Assembly: GCA_963664705.1 (NCBI GenBank)
Contig: OY761556.1
Span: 1,312,001-1,376,000 of the forward strand
From: Acidobacteriota bacterium
GTDB taxonomy: Bacteria > Acidobacteriota > UBA6911
Length of the DNA: 64,000 nt
Direction of reading: 5' to 3'
The first letter of the stretch is position 1, and every line of letters begins with the position of its first letter. The notes under the pieces were generated by a model. The model ran no database searches. It was not told the DNA's origin and saw nothing but the letters and a program-made list of their open reading frames with translations. The position numbers and the translations under genes were made by a program. Below, one piece after another: positions 50,611-61,779 of the stretch.

Positions 50611-50715
50611 AATAAGTTCTCCTCTCAGTGCTGCCTATCTATGTATATATGTGATCTGAATCTAAACAACCACAGGAAATAATAGCTTCGATCTGTTGAT
50701 CGGTGTTAGGAAAAA

Positions 50716-51095
50716 TTGGGACGTTTGGACGTTGGACGATGGGACGATGGGACGTTGGACGTTGGACGTTGGACGATGGGACGATGGGACGTTGGACGTT
50801 GGGACGTTGGACGTTGGACGATGGGACGTTGGACGTTGGACGTTGGACGTTGGGACGTTGGGACGATGGACGTTGGCCGATGGGACGATGGGACGATGGG
50901 ACGTTGGGACGTTGGACGTTGGACGATGTAGAAATGTGGACACCCACCCATTGGACGTTGGACGATGGGACGTTGGACGTTGGACGTTGGACGTTTGGAA
51001 ATGTGGACACCCACCAAAAATATGGACACCCACGGTCTGCCACGGTCTGACCCACGGTCTGAGTTTTGTCGCTAAATCGGTGGGTGTCCAGAATT
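50716..51095. repeat. GGACGTT/GGACGATG array interleaved with GGACACCCAC REP-like elements
   Basis: Tandem 7/8-mers 50716-50997; REP copies at ~50935, ~51003, ~51023, ~51079; CCACGGTCTG x3. Confidence 0.93.
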
Positions 51096-51100
51096 GACGA

Positions 51101-51886
51101 TTACACGTCCGCGAGGGTCAGGGGAACCGGCGCCTTTCCGTCAATATCCCGAAAACCGTAATCCCTGGCGACCTGGGCTGCGATCAGCACCCGTCCCGTT
51201 TTTTCCATGATCCCGGGATCCGAGGCGAGAGCAGCAACCGCCCGCCCCACGAACTGCGTCGATTCGGAGTTGCTGAGATCCAGCCATGCGGCCGATTGCA
51301 TAACCTTTTCGGTGCGCACAAGCCCCGGATACAACGACACCACCGCCACCCGATGGTCGCGCAGTTCGTGCGCCATGTCGGAGGTCATCTTGTCCGTGGC
51401 CGCCTTGGCCACCCCGTAGGCCGTATTGCCGATATATTTCTGCGCCGCCCAGAAGGAGATGTTGACGATCAGCCCACTCGCCTGGCGCACCATCCACGGA
51501 GCCGCCAGCTGGGCGGCCACATAGGCCGACCGCACCCCGGCCTGGAACATCGCATCCCACCGCCCGATCGGCTGCTGCCAGAACGGACGCGGCCAGGTGA
51601 ACTCGCCACCCTCCATCATGTTTTCATAGCCGCCCCAGGCATTGTTCACCAGAATGTCCAGCCGCCCGTGCCGGCCCGTGATCCGGTCAAACAGCGAGCG
51701 GACCTGCGCATCCTCCCGGTGATCGCAGCGAATGGCCGTCCCATGGCCATCGACGCTTCCGTCTTCCAGCGACCGGCCCGTGAAATAAACCGTGGCGCCC
51801 GCGCTGAAGAGCTCCTGCGCAATCCCTTTGCCCACGCCATAGCTGCCGCCCGTTACCAGGGCAACCTTTCCATCCAGACTCATCAT
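51101..51886 (-). CDS. SDR family oxidoreductase (DHRS1-like)
   Basis: TGGSYGVG, LVNNA, YGVAK. Confidence 0.9.
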   Translation of the reverse strand: MMSLDGKVALVTGGSYGVGKGIAQELFSAGATVYFTGRSLEDGSVDGHGTAIRCDHREDAQVRSLFDRITGRHGRLDILVNNAWGGYENMMEGGEFTWPRPFWQQPIGRWDAMFQAGVRSAYVAAQLAAPWMVRQASGLIVNISFWAAQKYIGNTAYGVAKAATDKMTSDMAHELRDHRVAVVSLYPGLVRTEKVMQSAAWLDLSNSESTQFVGRAVAALASDPGIMEKTGRVLIAAQVARDYGFRDIDGKAPVPLTLADV

Positions 51887-51948
51887 GTCTCCAATCCTCG
51901 CCGGGCCTGTTGCTGCGCTCGCGTCGCAGCGCTCCCGGTCACGCGCTT

Positions 51949-52998
51949 TTATTTCAACTGCCGGGAAAAGAAGGTCAAGAGGTTGCTCTGAAAACGCGCC
52001 GCCACGCGATTCCCATGATCCCCTTCGTACTGTTCGAACACATGCGCAATTCCAAGGCTCGTGAGTTCCTTGTCCAGTTCGATATTCGTCGATTTGAGCG
52101 TGTCCTTGTCTCCGACATCCATTACGATGGCCCGGTATTGCTTCAGGTTCGGCACATATTGACTGACCATCGCCAGCGGCGAGTTGGCCACCCATTTGGC
52201 GGCAATCAGCGGCTGAACCTGGCCGTCCTTTGTCGGCATATCAAAATATTTGGGAGGATTCGCGGGATTCGGCGACCACGCCGCGGCCTGCGCCGACATC
52301 ACGTTGGCAAATGCGCCCGCCATGCGCTTTTCTTCCGCCGACGGTGCCTTGGCGCTGTTTCCCTGCGCCGGAGCCGGCGGCGGCAGCGCCGGGTTATTCA
52401 TTAGACAGCACGAACTCATCGCATATAAGGCCGAAAACACCTCCGGATGTTTCATCCCCACGCGAATAGTGCCGTACCCGCCCATGGAATGCCCCGACAG
52501 CCCGCGACTGTTGCGGTCGGCAACGGTCCGGTAATGGCTGTCGATATAGGCGACGAGATCGTGCGACAGGAAGCCTTCCCAATTCCCGGTAGTCGGCGAA
52601 TTGGAATACATGCTGCCACTGTAAATGGTGTACGCATCGGGCAGAACCAGGATCATCTCCCGCGCCCCCGCCGCAATGGCATTGTCGGCCATATCCGGGA
52701 GATTCAGCATCTTTACGTAGGCATCCACCCCCACCGAATAGCCGTGGAGAAAGTAGACCGTGGGGAAGCGCCGCTTGGCTTCCTTGGCATAGCTCGGCGG
52801 CAGGTAAACCACGACGTCCCGGTCCGGACTGTCTCCTTCCAGGTTGCCCTCCAGCGCAACTCCGTGCACCTTGATTCGCTCAATACTGCCTTTACCAACA
52901 GTGCCGGCTCCCGGCTGCGTCTGTGCCGCGAGAGCTCCGGCAAAAAGTACGAGGAACAACAGCCAGATGGGAAGGGAACACAAACGAAATAGTTTCAT
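51949..52998 (-). CDS. Secreted esterase (alpha/beta hydrolase)
   Basis: VYLPPSY, YFLHG, GHSMGG, YEGDH. Confidence 0.88.
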   Translation of the reverse strand: MKLFRLCSLPIWLLFLVLFAGALAAQTQPGAGTVGKGSIERIKVHGVALEGNLEGDSPDRDVVVYLPPSYAKEAKRRFPTVYFLHGYSVGVDAYVKMLNLPDMADNAIAAGAREMILVLPDAYTIYSGSMYSNSPTTGNWEGFLSHDLVAYIDSHYRTVADRNSRGLSGHSMGGYGTIRVGMKHPEVFSALYAMSSCCLMNNPALPPPAPAQGNSAKAPSAEEKRMAGAFANVMSAQAAAWSPNPANPPKYFDMPTKDGQVQPLIAAKWVANSPLAMVSQYVPNLKQYRAIVMDVGDKDTLKSTNIELDKELTSLGIAHVFEQYEGDHGNRVAARFQSNLLTFFSRQLK

Positions 52999-53177
52999 GA
53001 TCGACTCCATGCTTATCATTTTTGATTTTCATGACCGGGCGCGCCGACGCTCCCGATGACACTATATTCGTGTAAGTCGGGGCAAATTTACAGCATTTTG
53101 CTGGAGATGGAGACGGTTTGCCTTTACTATATCGCCATTGAAATAGTTCACCCCAACATTCCAAAGAGGGAAGAATA

Positions 53178-54050
53178 ATGAAACGGAATACATTCTCTAT
53201 TGCTGTTGCTGCCATAGGCGCAGTTCTTGCCGTCTCTTTGATGATGTGTGTCGCTCAGAACAAAAGCGCGAAAGCGCCGTTTGTTCCTTCTCCGATTTTC
53301 TCGGCTCCGTATCCGCCGCTTCCTCATCATTTCAGCAACCTGAAGACCATCCAGATCCTGTGCCAGGCCCCCAAGGGCGCTCTCAAAAAGGCGCTGATGC
53401 CGCCCATGGAAACAACGGCCGAAGCCGATACCTTCGTCCTGCTCATGGGCTGGACCGGTGACGTGGAAAAGAAGGGCTTCAATGTTCACGAGATCGCCAT
53501 CAATGCCCCGATGACCTGGAAAGGGAAGTCCGGCAATACCACGCTGATCGAATACATCGACAGCGACATGGGTCTCATCGCCGGCCGCGAAGTCTATGGC
53601 TGGCCGAAAAAGATGGCCGACATCACCTGGACTCAGACCGCGACCGGCTGGACCGTCACGGCAAACAAAATGAAGGACCAGGCCAGCCTTCCCCTGATGA
53701 AGGTGGAATACAAAGTATCGAAGACCCTCCCCCAGGTTACATGGCCGCAGATGGGCCCCACCTACCTGGTACGACGCATCCCGAATGCTTCTCCCACCAC
53801 CCCGTCGCTGAACCAGATGATCTGCGTCGGTTGCAACGCCCCGAAAGCCTCCACCGGCCCGCTCGCCATCCCGGCCGGACCGAAGGATACGAGAGGCACC
53901 GCGACCATAGAGTTCTTCGACGGCCCGCATGATCCGCTGAAATTCCTCGGCCCGATCAAGGTGCTCGATGCCAAAATGACCGTGGTCGACGGAGATATGG
54001 GCGGCGGCGGCCTCGGCTTGGGCGAAGTCCTGTCCCAGTGGGAAGAATAG
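53178..54050 (+). CDS. Acetoacetate decarboxylase-family protein with signal peptide
   Basis: GREVYGWPKK catalytic-Lys motif. Confidence 0.8.
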   Translation: MKRNTFSIAVAAIGAVLAVSLMMCVAQNKSAKAPFVPSPIFSAPYPPLPHHFSNLKTIQILCQAPKGALKKALMPPMETTAEADTFVLLMGWTGDVEKKGFNVHEIAINAPMTWKGKSGNTTLIEYIDSDMGLIAGREVYGWPKKMADITWTQTATGWTVTANKMKDQASLPLMKVEYKVSKTLPQVTWPQMGPTYLVRRIPNASPTTPSLNQMICVGCNAPKASTGPLAIPAGPKDTRGTATIEFFDGPHDPLKFLGPIKVLDAKMTVVDGDMGGGGLGLGEVLSQWEE

Positions 54051-54054
54051 TCCC

Positions 54055-54167
54055 TTAGACGTTAGACGTTGAGACGTTAGACGTTGAGACGTTGGACGTT
54101 GGACGTTGAGACGTTGCACGTTGAACGTTCCAACGTTCCAACGTGTAACGTCCAACGTCCAACGTTC
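54055..54167. repeat. AGACGTT/GGACGTT array switching to AACGTCC (internally inverted)
   Basis: Directly visible. Confidence 0.9.
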
Positions 54168-54178
54168 CGAGAGGCGGT

Positions 54179-55399
54179 ATGACTGAATCGCTACCCATCT
54201 ATGCGGAATTCTTTCCGGCTCTTTCGCAGGACCTGATTTCGAATGGGAGCGTTGCCCTGATGCTCCTCGATGTCTCGGAGTTCGATGTCATCGAGGAACT
54301 GTACGGCTCCCAAATCTATACCCTTGTGCGCAATCGCTTGATCCACATGCTCGTGGAACAGGCCGGAAAAGAATTCCGACGCGAAGACATCCTCGCCCTC
54401 GAACAGCCGGAGGGACTGCAGATCCTGCTCTTCCTCAGCCCCAAACGCCACTCCAAACTGCGATCCTTCAAAGACCTCGACTTCGTACGCACCCGGATGG
54501 CCCAGTCCCTGGTCCCTTCTCTCGTGCGCACCGCCTTCCCCTATCTGAAAAAGCCCCCGCGCATCGATATAGGATTTTCGATCGGCGTGAATAATCCGCT
54601 CCAGGACCCGCATCATATTATTTTGCGCGTCATCCGCGAGGCCGGCGAGCGCGCCCGCTGGCAGCGCGAAACGGATAAATTGTACCGGTTGCAGGAACTG
54701 AAAGAGACCATCGTCAACGAACAGATCACGACCGTTTTTCAGCCGATCGTCGGGATCCATGACCGAAGGCCGATCGGGTTTGAAGCCCTGACCCGCGGCG
54801 GCAAGGATTCCGGCTTCTCCTCCGTGGACGAAATGTTCAACACCGCGATCAAATGCCACCTGCTGGTGGAACTGGATCGCCTGTGCCGCAACCGCGCCCT
54901 GATTGCCGCCAGCCGCCTGCCGGCCGGAACCAAGGTTTTCATCAACACGCTCCCCGCCACGATCCGCGATCCGCAATTCCAGGGGCAGGCTCTGATTCAA
55001 TTGCTGGACCAGGGGAGCCTTACCCCCGACCGCATCGTCATCGAAATCACCGAAAAGCTGTTGATCGACAACCTCAGCATGTTCCAGGAATCGCTGAGCT
55101 ATTTCACCGCGCTCGGCATGGCGCTCGCCGTCGATGATGTCGGCTCGGGTTACTCCGGCCTCGAAACCATCGGCAAGCTTCGCCCCGGGTATCTCAAACT
55201 GGACGCCTCGCTCATTCAGGATCTGCCCCACCGCCCCGTCAGCCAGGAAATGGTCAAGGCGATCCTTACCCTCGCACGCGGCATCGGCTCGAAGGTCATC
55301 GCCGAGGGAATCGAAACAGAAGCGGAATTGGATATTCTCCGAAATATCGGAGTCGACTACGGACAGGGGTATCTTCTGGGCAGGCCGCAGGAACGATGA
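54179..55399 (+). CDS. EAL-domain c-di-GMP phosphodiesterase with degenerate GGDEF-like N-terminus
   Basis: FQPIV, FEALTR, IEITE, DDVGSGYS, AEGIE, GQGYL. Confidence 0.9.
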   Translation: MTESLPIYAEFFPALSQDLISNGSVALMLLDVSEFDVIEELYGSQIYTLVRNRLIHMLVEQAGKEFRREDILALEQPEGLQILLFLSPKRHSKLRSFKDLDFVRTRMAQSLVPSLVRTAFPYLKKPPRIDIGFSIGVNNPLQDPHHIILRVIREAGERARWQRETDKLYRLQELKETIVNEQITTVFQPIVGIHDRRPIGFEALTRGGKDSGFSSVDEMFNTAIKCHLLVELDRLCRNRALIAASRLPAGTKVFINTLPATIRDPQFQGQALIQLLDQGSLTPDRIVIEITEKLLIDNLSMFQESLSYFTALGMALAVDDVGSGYSGLETIGKLRPGYLKLDASLIQDLPHRPVSQEMVKAILTLARGIGSKVIAEGIETEAELDILRNIGVDYGQGYLLGRPQER

Positions 55400-55672
55400 A
55401 ACGTTGCACGTTGGACGTTTGGACGTTGGACGATGGGAACGTTGCACGTTGCGACGTTGGACGTTAGACGTTGGGACGTTGGACGATGGGACGGGAAACG
55501 TTGGACGTTGAACGTTGGGACGTTTGGACGTTGGACGTTTGGACGATGGGAACGTTGGATGTTGGAACGTTGAACGTTTGAAGAAACTGGATCAAGGCCG
55601 AATAATCCGTGTGGGCTCCCGTTCCCACGTCCCTCGTCCAACGTCTAACGTCCAACGTCTAACGTCTAACGT
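55400..55672. repeat. Inverted pair of heptamer arrays (GGACGTT 55400-55579; AACGTCC/AACGTCT 55619-55672)
   Basis: Directly visible between convergent genes. Confidence 0.92.
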
Positions 55673-55673
55673 A

Positions 55674-56705
55674 TTATTCCGCCTTGATCTGATCCCACAT
55701 TTTATTGTATTTCGCCGTATCCGCTCCAAGATCGTCAATCACCTCGCACTTCGCCTTCACCTGCGGTGCCAGGAATACGGCCGGGTTATTGCGCAGTTCC
55801 GCGTTCACCTTCGGATAGCTCGTCTGGTTCGGGCAGACATACGAAAGGAAATTCGTATTCTCCGCCGCCACTTCCGGATCGTGGATAAAATTAATAAACG
55901 CATGCGCGAGCTTCGCTTCTTTCGCGTTCTTCAGAATCACCAGGTCGTCGCACGAAATCGACGTCCCTTCCGCCGGGATCACAAACTGAATATCCGCATT
56001 CTCCTTTTGCACCTGCAAAAGATCGCCGCTGAAGCCGTGGACGAGCAGAAATTCTCCCGACGCGAGTCCGCCCTTGTATTGCTCCGATTCGAACTTCGCC
56101 AGGTTCTTTTTCCACGCGATGACCACGTCGCGCGCCGCGGCGAGCTCCCTGTCGTCCCGCGAATTCAGGCTGTACCCGAGCGATTTCAGCGCGGCACCCA
56201 GCGTCTCGCGCATGTCGTTGAGCATGGTCATCCGCCCTTTCAGCGCCGCCTGGTTGAACATCGTCCACGAAGGCGTGAAGTTCTGCACCTTCGACTTCAA
56301 ATAGGCGATCCCGGTATTGGTCAGCATGTACGGGACGCTGTGCTCCATCTTCGGATCCATCGCGATCTTCAGGTAGTCGGTGTCGACATGCTTCAGGTTC
56401 GGCAGCTGGCTGTGGTCCATCACCTGAAGATACCCCTGATTGTTCATTATTTTGACGAAATAGCTGCTGGGGGTCAGCAGATCGTACCCGGTCGCGCCCG
56501 CCTTGATCTTGGCGTACATCGATTCATTCGATTCAAAGGTGTCGATGACGATCTTGCAGCCGTGCTCTTTTTCAAAACGCTGCAGCAGCTCCGGCTTGAA
56601 ATAGTCCGCCCAGGTGTAGATCTTCAATTCAGGCGTCTGGCGCCGGCAGCCCATGGGCATACAGCACAGGATGAGGGACAGAAGAATCAAAGACCGGAAT
56701 TTCAT
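55674..56705 (-). CDS. potD: Spermidine/putrescine ABC transporter substrate-binding lipoprotein
   Basis: YTWADY, FESNE, GYDL, GYSLNS motifs; operon context. Confidence 0.9.
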   Translation of the reverse strand: MKFRSLILLSLILCCMPMGCRRQTPELKIYTWADYFKPELLQRFEKEHGCKIVIDTFESNESMYAKIKAGATGYDLLTPSSYFVKIMNNQGYLQVMDHSQLPNLKHVDTDYLKIAMDPKMEHSVPYMLTNTGIAYLKSKVQNFTPSWTMFNQAALKGRMTMLNDMRETLGAALKSLGYSLNSRDDRELAAARDVVIAWKKNLAKFESEQYKGGLASGEFLLVHGFSGDLLQVQKENADIQFVIPAEGTSISCDDLVILKNAKEAKLAHAFINFIHDPEVAAENTNFLSYVCPNQTSYPKVNAELRNNPAVFLAPQVKAKCEVIDDLGADTAKYNKMWDQIKAE

Positions 56706-57472
56706 ACGACCTCCTTGGTTAAGCGCTGGCTGAAAAAGACCGTCAGAAAAGTGATCAGCAGCAGGATAGACGAGAGCGCGTTGATCAGCGGCGGCGACCC
56801 GTACTTGATCATGCTGTAAATGCGTATCGGCAGCGTGGTGGAGCCGGGTCCGGCCACGAAGAACGTGATGACGAAATCATCGATGGACAGCGTGAAGGCG
56901 AGCAGCCCTCCCGCGACAATCCCGGGCATCAGCAGCGGCAGCAGCACGCGCCACAGCGTCGTCCACCAGTCCGCGCCCAGGTCCTGTGCCGCTTCCACGA
57001 TCGCATAATCGAAATCCTGCAGCCGCCCCAGCACCACCATCGCCACGTAGCTGATGCAGAACGTCACGTGCGCCAGGAAAATGGTGAAGAGCCCCAGCTC
57101 GATGTGCAGCGCGACAAAGAACAGCAGCAGGCTGATCCCCATCAGGATTTCCGGCACCACCAGCGGCGTGTAGATCAGGGCGTAATGGAATTTCTGCAGC
57201 CGCGAGGAGTAGCGGTGCAGCGCAATCGCCGCGGTAGTCCCAAGGATCACGGACACAATGGTGGCGCTCATTGCAATCAGCAGACTGTTGGTCAGCGCGT
57301 GCCAGATTTCCCGCTCCCGGTACAGCTGCCGGTACCAGTGCAGCGACCAGCCCTGCCACGAACCGCCGAAGCGCGAGCCGTTGAACGAATACAGGACCAG
57401 CACGAAGATCGGCAGGTAGAAGAAAATCAGCAGCCCCCACGTGATGATCAGCGGAAAACGGCTCCGTTTCAT
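56702..57472 (-). CDS. potC: Spermidine/putrescine ABC transporter permease
   Basis: EAAQDLGA, FTLSIDDF; start MKRSRF overlaps the potB stop. Confidence 0.9.
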   Translation of the reverse strand: MKRSRFPLIITWGLLIFFYLPIFVLVLYSFNGSRFGGSWQGWSLHWYRQLYREREIWHALTNSLLIAMSATIVSVILGTTAAIALHRYSSRLQKFHYALIYTPLVVPEILMGISLLLFFVALHIELGLFTIFLAHVTFCISYVAMVVLGRLQDFDYAIVEAAQDLGADWWTTLWRVLLPLLMPGIVAGGLLAFTLSIDDFVITFFVAGPGSTTLPIRIYSMIKYGSPPLINALSSILLLITFLTVFFSQRLTKEVV

Positions 57473-58347
57473 GCGTCCTCCTCGATCAGCGGCGCGGCTT
57501 TTCCCTTTTTTTTCTGCAGCACCATGACCGCCAGCAGCGGCAGCAGCACCGCCAGGATCAACAGCGCCGACAGCCCGCTCGCGTGCGGCAGGTTGCGGTC
57601 GACGAAAACGCGCTGGGCGATCTTGTTCCCCAGCATCTCTCCGCCGGGCCCTCCCACGATATCCGGGATGACATACGAGCCGAGCGCCGGGATGAAGACC
57701 ACCAGGATGGACGTCCAGAGCCCGCGGCGAATTCCCGGCAGGAACACGTATATAAAGGACTGCCAGCGCCGCGCGCCCAGGTCCTGCGCCGCTTCCATCA
57801 ACCGGAAGTCGAATTTTTCCGCGGCCGCGTAAATCGGGAGGATGGCGAAAGGCAGAAATGTATACACCATCACCAGCCAGACCGCCCACGCGTTGTACAG
57901 CAGAGAGGCCTGCGGGCTCAGGAGGTGCAGGAACACCAGCGTCTTCTTGATCATCCCCTCCGGATGGAGCAGCGTTTTCCAGGCAAAGATGCGGATCAGG
58001 AAACTGGTCCAGAAAGGGATGATGACGAGCAGCAGCAGGATCTGCCGCCAGCGCTGGCTCGCGCGCGCCAGGCAGTAACCGGCGGGCGTTGCCAGGAAGA
58101 TGCAGGCCGCCGTCGTCAGCAGGCTGAGATAGATCGTGCGCCAGATGATGATCGGGTAGTTCGGGTTGCCCAGGCTGCGCAGCGTCGCCAGCGTCCAGCC
58201 TGCACCGATCCCGCCATACAGGTCGGTCGGTTTGAAGGTGATGGCAAAGACGATGAGCGTGGGGATCAGGAAGAGCAGCACCAGCCAGAGCAGCGACGGC
58301 GCCGTGATCAGCCATTCCTGGATCTTTTTGTTGCGAGCCATATTCAT
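57469..58347 (-). CDS. potB: Spermidine/putrescine ABC transporter permease
   Basis: IPFWTSFLIR, LPFAILPIY, EAAQDLGA. Confidence 0.9.
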   Translation of the reverse strand: MNMARNKKIQEWLITAPSLLWLVLLFLIPTLIVFAITFKPTDLYGGIGAGWTLATLRSLGNPNYPIIIWRTIYLSLLTTAACIFLATPAGYCLARASQRWRQILLLLVIIPFWTSFLIRIFAWKTLLHPEGMIKKTLVFLHLLSPQASLLYNAWAVWLVMVYTFLPFAILPIYAAAEKFDFRLMEAAQDLGARRWQSFIYVFLPGIRRGLWTSILVVFIPALGSYVIPDIVGGPGGEMLGNKIAQRVFVDRNLPHASGLSALLILAVLLPLLAVMVLQKKKGKAAPLIEEDA

Positions 58348-58432
58348 CACCTGCTGCGCATTGGAAGCGCCGGCGTCTCGACGAATTCCGCCTATTATTT
58401 GTTCTAAGCCCTGCGACGCGAGCGAAGCCATA

Positions 58433-58631
58433 GGCCCGGAGGGCCGAAAGAGCGTAGCCGGGGGTGAGCGCTTTTTGCGAACCCCCGGTTGGAGAGAAGC
58501 CTAGTAAGAGCCCTGGAGGGGCGAAAGATCGGCATTCTGCCGCCCCTTCAGGGCTTGTTACCAGCCTAATCCAATCCGGGGGTTCGCTTCGCTTCACCCC
58601 CGGCTACGTTCTGGCCGCCCCTCCGGGGCTA
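58433..58631. repeat. Nested palindromic REP/MITE-like element between potA and potB
   Basis: GCCCGGAGGG..TAGCCGGGGGTG ... CACCCCCGGCTA..CCCTCCGGGGC; inner GCCCTGGAGGGGCG/CGCCCCTTCAGGGC. Confidence 0.8.
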
Positions 58632-58665
58632 GGCCTTCATGATGCCTTCACGATTGTGTCACACG

Positions 58666-59823
<1,158 letters not shown>

Positions 59824-59879
59824 CCCCTAGCCCTTCCATCCGAGGTGTTGTCGCCAGCCGTTCCCGCGCCGTTTTCGCG

Positions 59880-60614
59880 CTAATCGAGATTAAAGGTGAG
59901 CGTCGCGCCGCCGTACAACGTCTGTCCGCGGGGAGTCACGCTGTTGTTCCGGATCGCTTGCCGCGCATTCTCGCTGAGCGCGGTCGAGTAGCCGAGCATC
60001 GGTTCGAACGTCACGCGCTTGCCCAGCGGCAGCGTCAGCGATGTCTGGAAATCGGCGCTGTAGAAATTCGAGAAATCCTTTCCCTCATCGTTCGTTCCCA
60101 TGTAGGAATTCTTCAGCACGTAGCCGGCATGCGCCTTGATGTTTAACGCTGCCTTCTTGCCGAGAGGGATGGCGGGCTCCAGCCCTACCTGTATGTAGGA
60201 TCCCTTCCCGTAATTTACGTCGCGATAAATGTAGAGGGAAGGTTTGAGCGCATCGTCGTGGCTCATGCCGGTGTAAATCTCGTCGCTGTCAGGCCCTTCG
60301 TTGACGCCGTAGTGGATATAGCCGATCTCGTAGCTGTATTTGTCCTTCTCCTTGGTGTACGAGGCGGTGATATCGGCTTCAGACCAGCGGCGCGGGTCGA
60401 ATTGATAATTCGCCCACAGGTTCAGGGCAAAGCCGTTATTGCCGACCGTCACGGAAGGCTGGAAAACTCCACCCTCGCTCAACCGCATGCCGCGCCACAT
60501 ATAATGAGAGAAAACCGCGCCGGAGACTTCGAATTGCTTGTCCTGGGCAGGAAGAACCTCGGGAATGATTGTAAGCAAGATCAGGAGCAGTCCGCAGAGC
60601 TTGAGATTTTTCAT
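59880..60614 (-). CDS. Putative outer-membrane beta-barrel (TorF/TIGR02001-like)
   Basis: Signal peptide; SHYMWRG; alternating beta pattern. Confidence 0.7.
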   Translation of the reverse strand: MKNLKLCGLLLILLTIIPEVLPAQDKQFEVSGAVFSHYMWRGMRLSEGGVFQPSVTVGNNGFALNLWANYQFDPRRWSEADITASYTKEKDKYSYEIGYIHYGVNEGPDSDEIYTGMSHDDALKPSLYIYRDVNYGKGSYIQVGLEPAIPLGKKAALNIKAHAGYVLKNSYMGTNDEGKDFSNFYSADFQTSLTLPLGKRVTFEPMLGYSTALSENARQAIRNNSVTPRGQTLYGGATLTFNLD

Positions 60615-60699
60615 CGAAGACCTCGACGTGGGAAAAGGAACATTGATTCCATTAAAAGTGCGGAGTGTATGAGGTATGGGGGGGGATGTCAAGGGGGAG

Positions 60700-60877
60700 G
60701 TTGGACGTTGGGACGTTGGGACGTTGGACGTTGGGAACGTTGGACGTTGGGACGTTGGACGTCGGGACGTTGGACGTTGGGACGTTGGAACGTTGGGGAC
60801 GTTGGGAACGTTGGACGTTGGACGGTGGGGCGTTGGAGGTTGGACGTTGGGACGTTGGACGTTGGGACGTTGGACGC
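60700..60877. repeat. GGACGTT/GGGACGTT array
   Basis: Directly visible. Confidence 0.93.
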
Positions 60878-60890
60878 GGGAGGGGGGAGG

Positions 60891-61649
60891 TTAGCGACGG
60901 GAGGAGGGAGATTGCAAAGGCGGCCAGTCGTTCAGGCCGATGACGGCTTCGGCCGGGATTTCGTGCCCGCCATCAAAAGGGACAAACGTAACCTGCAGGC
61001 CTGCCTTTACCATGTCCATCCGCAGACGCTCCGCGAGGTCGTACGGCAGGATGTTGTCGCCGCGCCCGTGGGCCATGAAGACCGGAAGCCCTTTGCGCCG
61101 CGCCATGCCGGCCCGCCAAGCTGCTTCATTGACTGGCGTCCCCGAAAAGATAATCAGCGCCGACAGAGGTTCGTCCGACATAAAAGCGATCTGGCAGGCG
61201 ACCATGGCTCCCTGCGAAAAGCCGCCCAGGAGGAACGGGTGTTTGGCCGAATTCCCTTCGGCCGACATCACGGCGCGCACCTCCTGCGCGGCCGATTCCA
61301 GTCCGCCGGGCGCGTCGAGCGACAGGTCGATGCCGTTCTGGTGGATGCGCAGGTGCGCCGCGAGATCCAGGTCCCACCACGCAAGCCCTCCCGTGGACCC
61401 GTCGGTGCGCAGCGCCGGCACCGTGGCCTCCGGAAACAGGAAGCGCCCGTTGCCGGGGAGCGCGATACTTTCCGAAAAGGGAAGCCAGTGCTCGGCGGAA
61501 GAGCCATAGCCGTGCAGCAGCAGAAGCGTCGGCGGCCCCTCTCCCCCGCGCTGAATCACGCGCAGCGGCATTTTGGGCGAAAGCATCAGCACCACTGCCG
61601 TCACCGCCACCGCAACCAAAATAACAATCAGTATGTATTTCCCGCGCAT
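60891..61649 (-). CDS. Phospholipase/carboxylesterase
   Basis: LLHGYG, GFSQG, HGRGD, GGHEI. Confidence 0.9.
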   Translation of the reverse strand: MRGKYILIVILVAVAVTAVVLMLSPKMPLRVIQRGGEGPPTLLLLHGYGSSAEHWLPFSESIALPGNGRFLFPEATVPALRTDGSTGGLAWWDLDLAAHLRIHQNGIDLSLDAPGGLESAAQEVRAVMSAEGNSAKHPFLLGGFSQGAMVACQIAFMSDEPLSALIIFSGTPVNEAAWRAGMARRKGLPVFMAHGRGDNILPYDLAERLRMDMVKAGLQVTFVPFDGGHEIPAEAVIGLNDWPPLQSPSSRR

Positions 61650-61653
61650 AGCT

Positions 61654-61773
61654 CACGTTCCACGTTCCCACGTTCCACGTTCCAACGTTCAACGTTCAAC
61701 GTTCAAACGTCCAACGTCCAACGTCCCAACGTCCCAACGTCCAACGTCCAACGTCCAACGTCCAACGTCCAAC
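61654..61773. repeat. CCAACGT array
   Basis: Directly visible. Confidence 0.92.
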
Positions 61774-61779
61774 CTCTTT

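Noticed and set aside
50716-50997. Heptamer arrays as CRISPR or simple phase-variation SSRs
   Set aside because: No unique spacers, units are heterogeneous, and they lie mostly at 3' ends rather than inside genes.
54179-56705. NspS/MbaA-like polyamine to c-di-GMP coupling
   Set aside because: The EAL protein has no TM or periplasmic sensor and is convergent with potD; adjacency alone is insufficient.
56702-58597. 631-aa extended PotC
   Set aside because: The extension overlaps potB out of frame and the REP insert; the real start is 57472.
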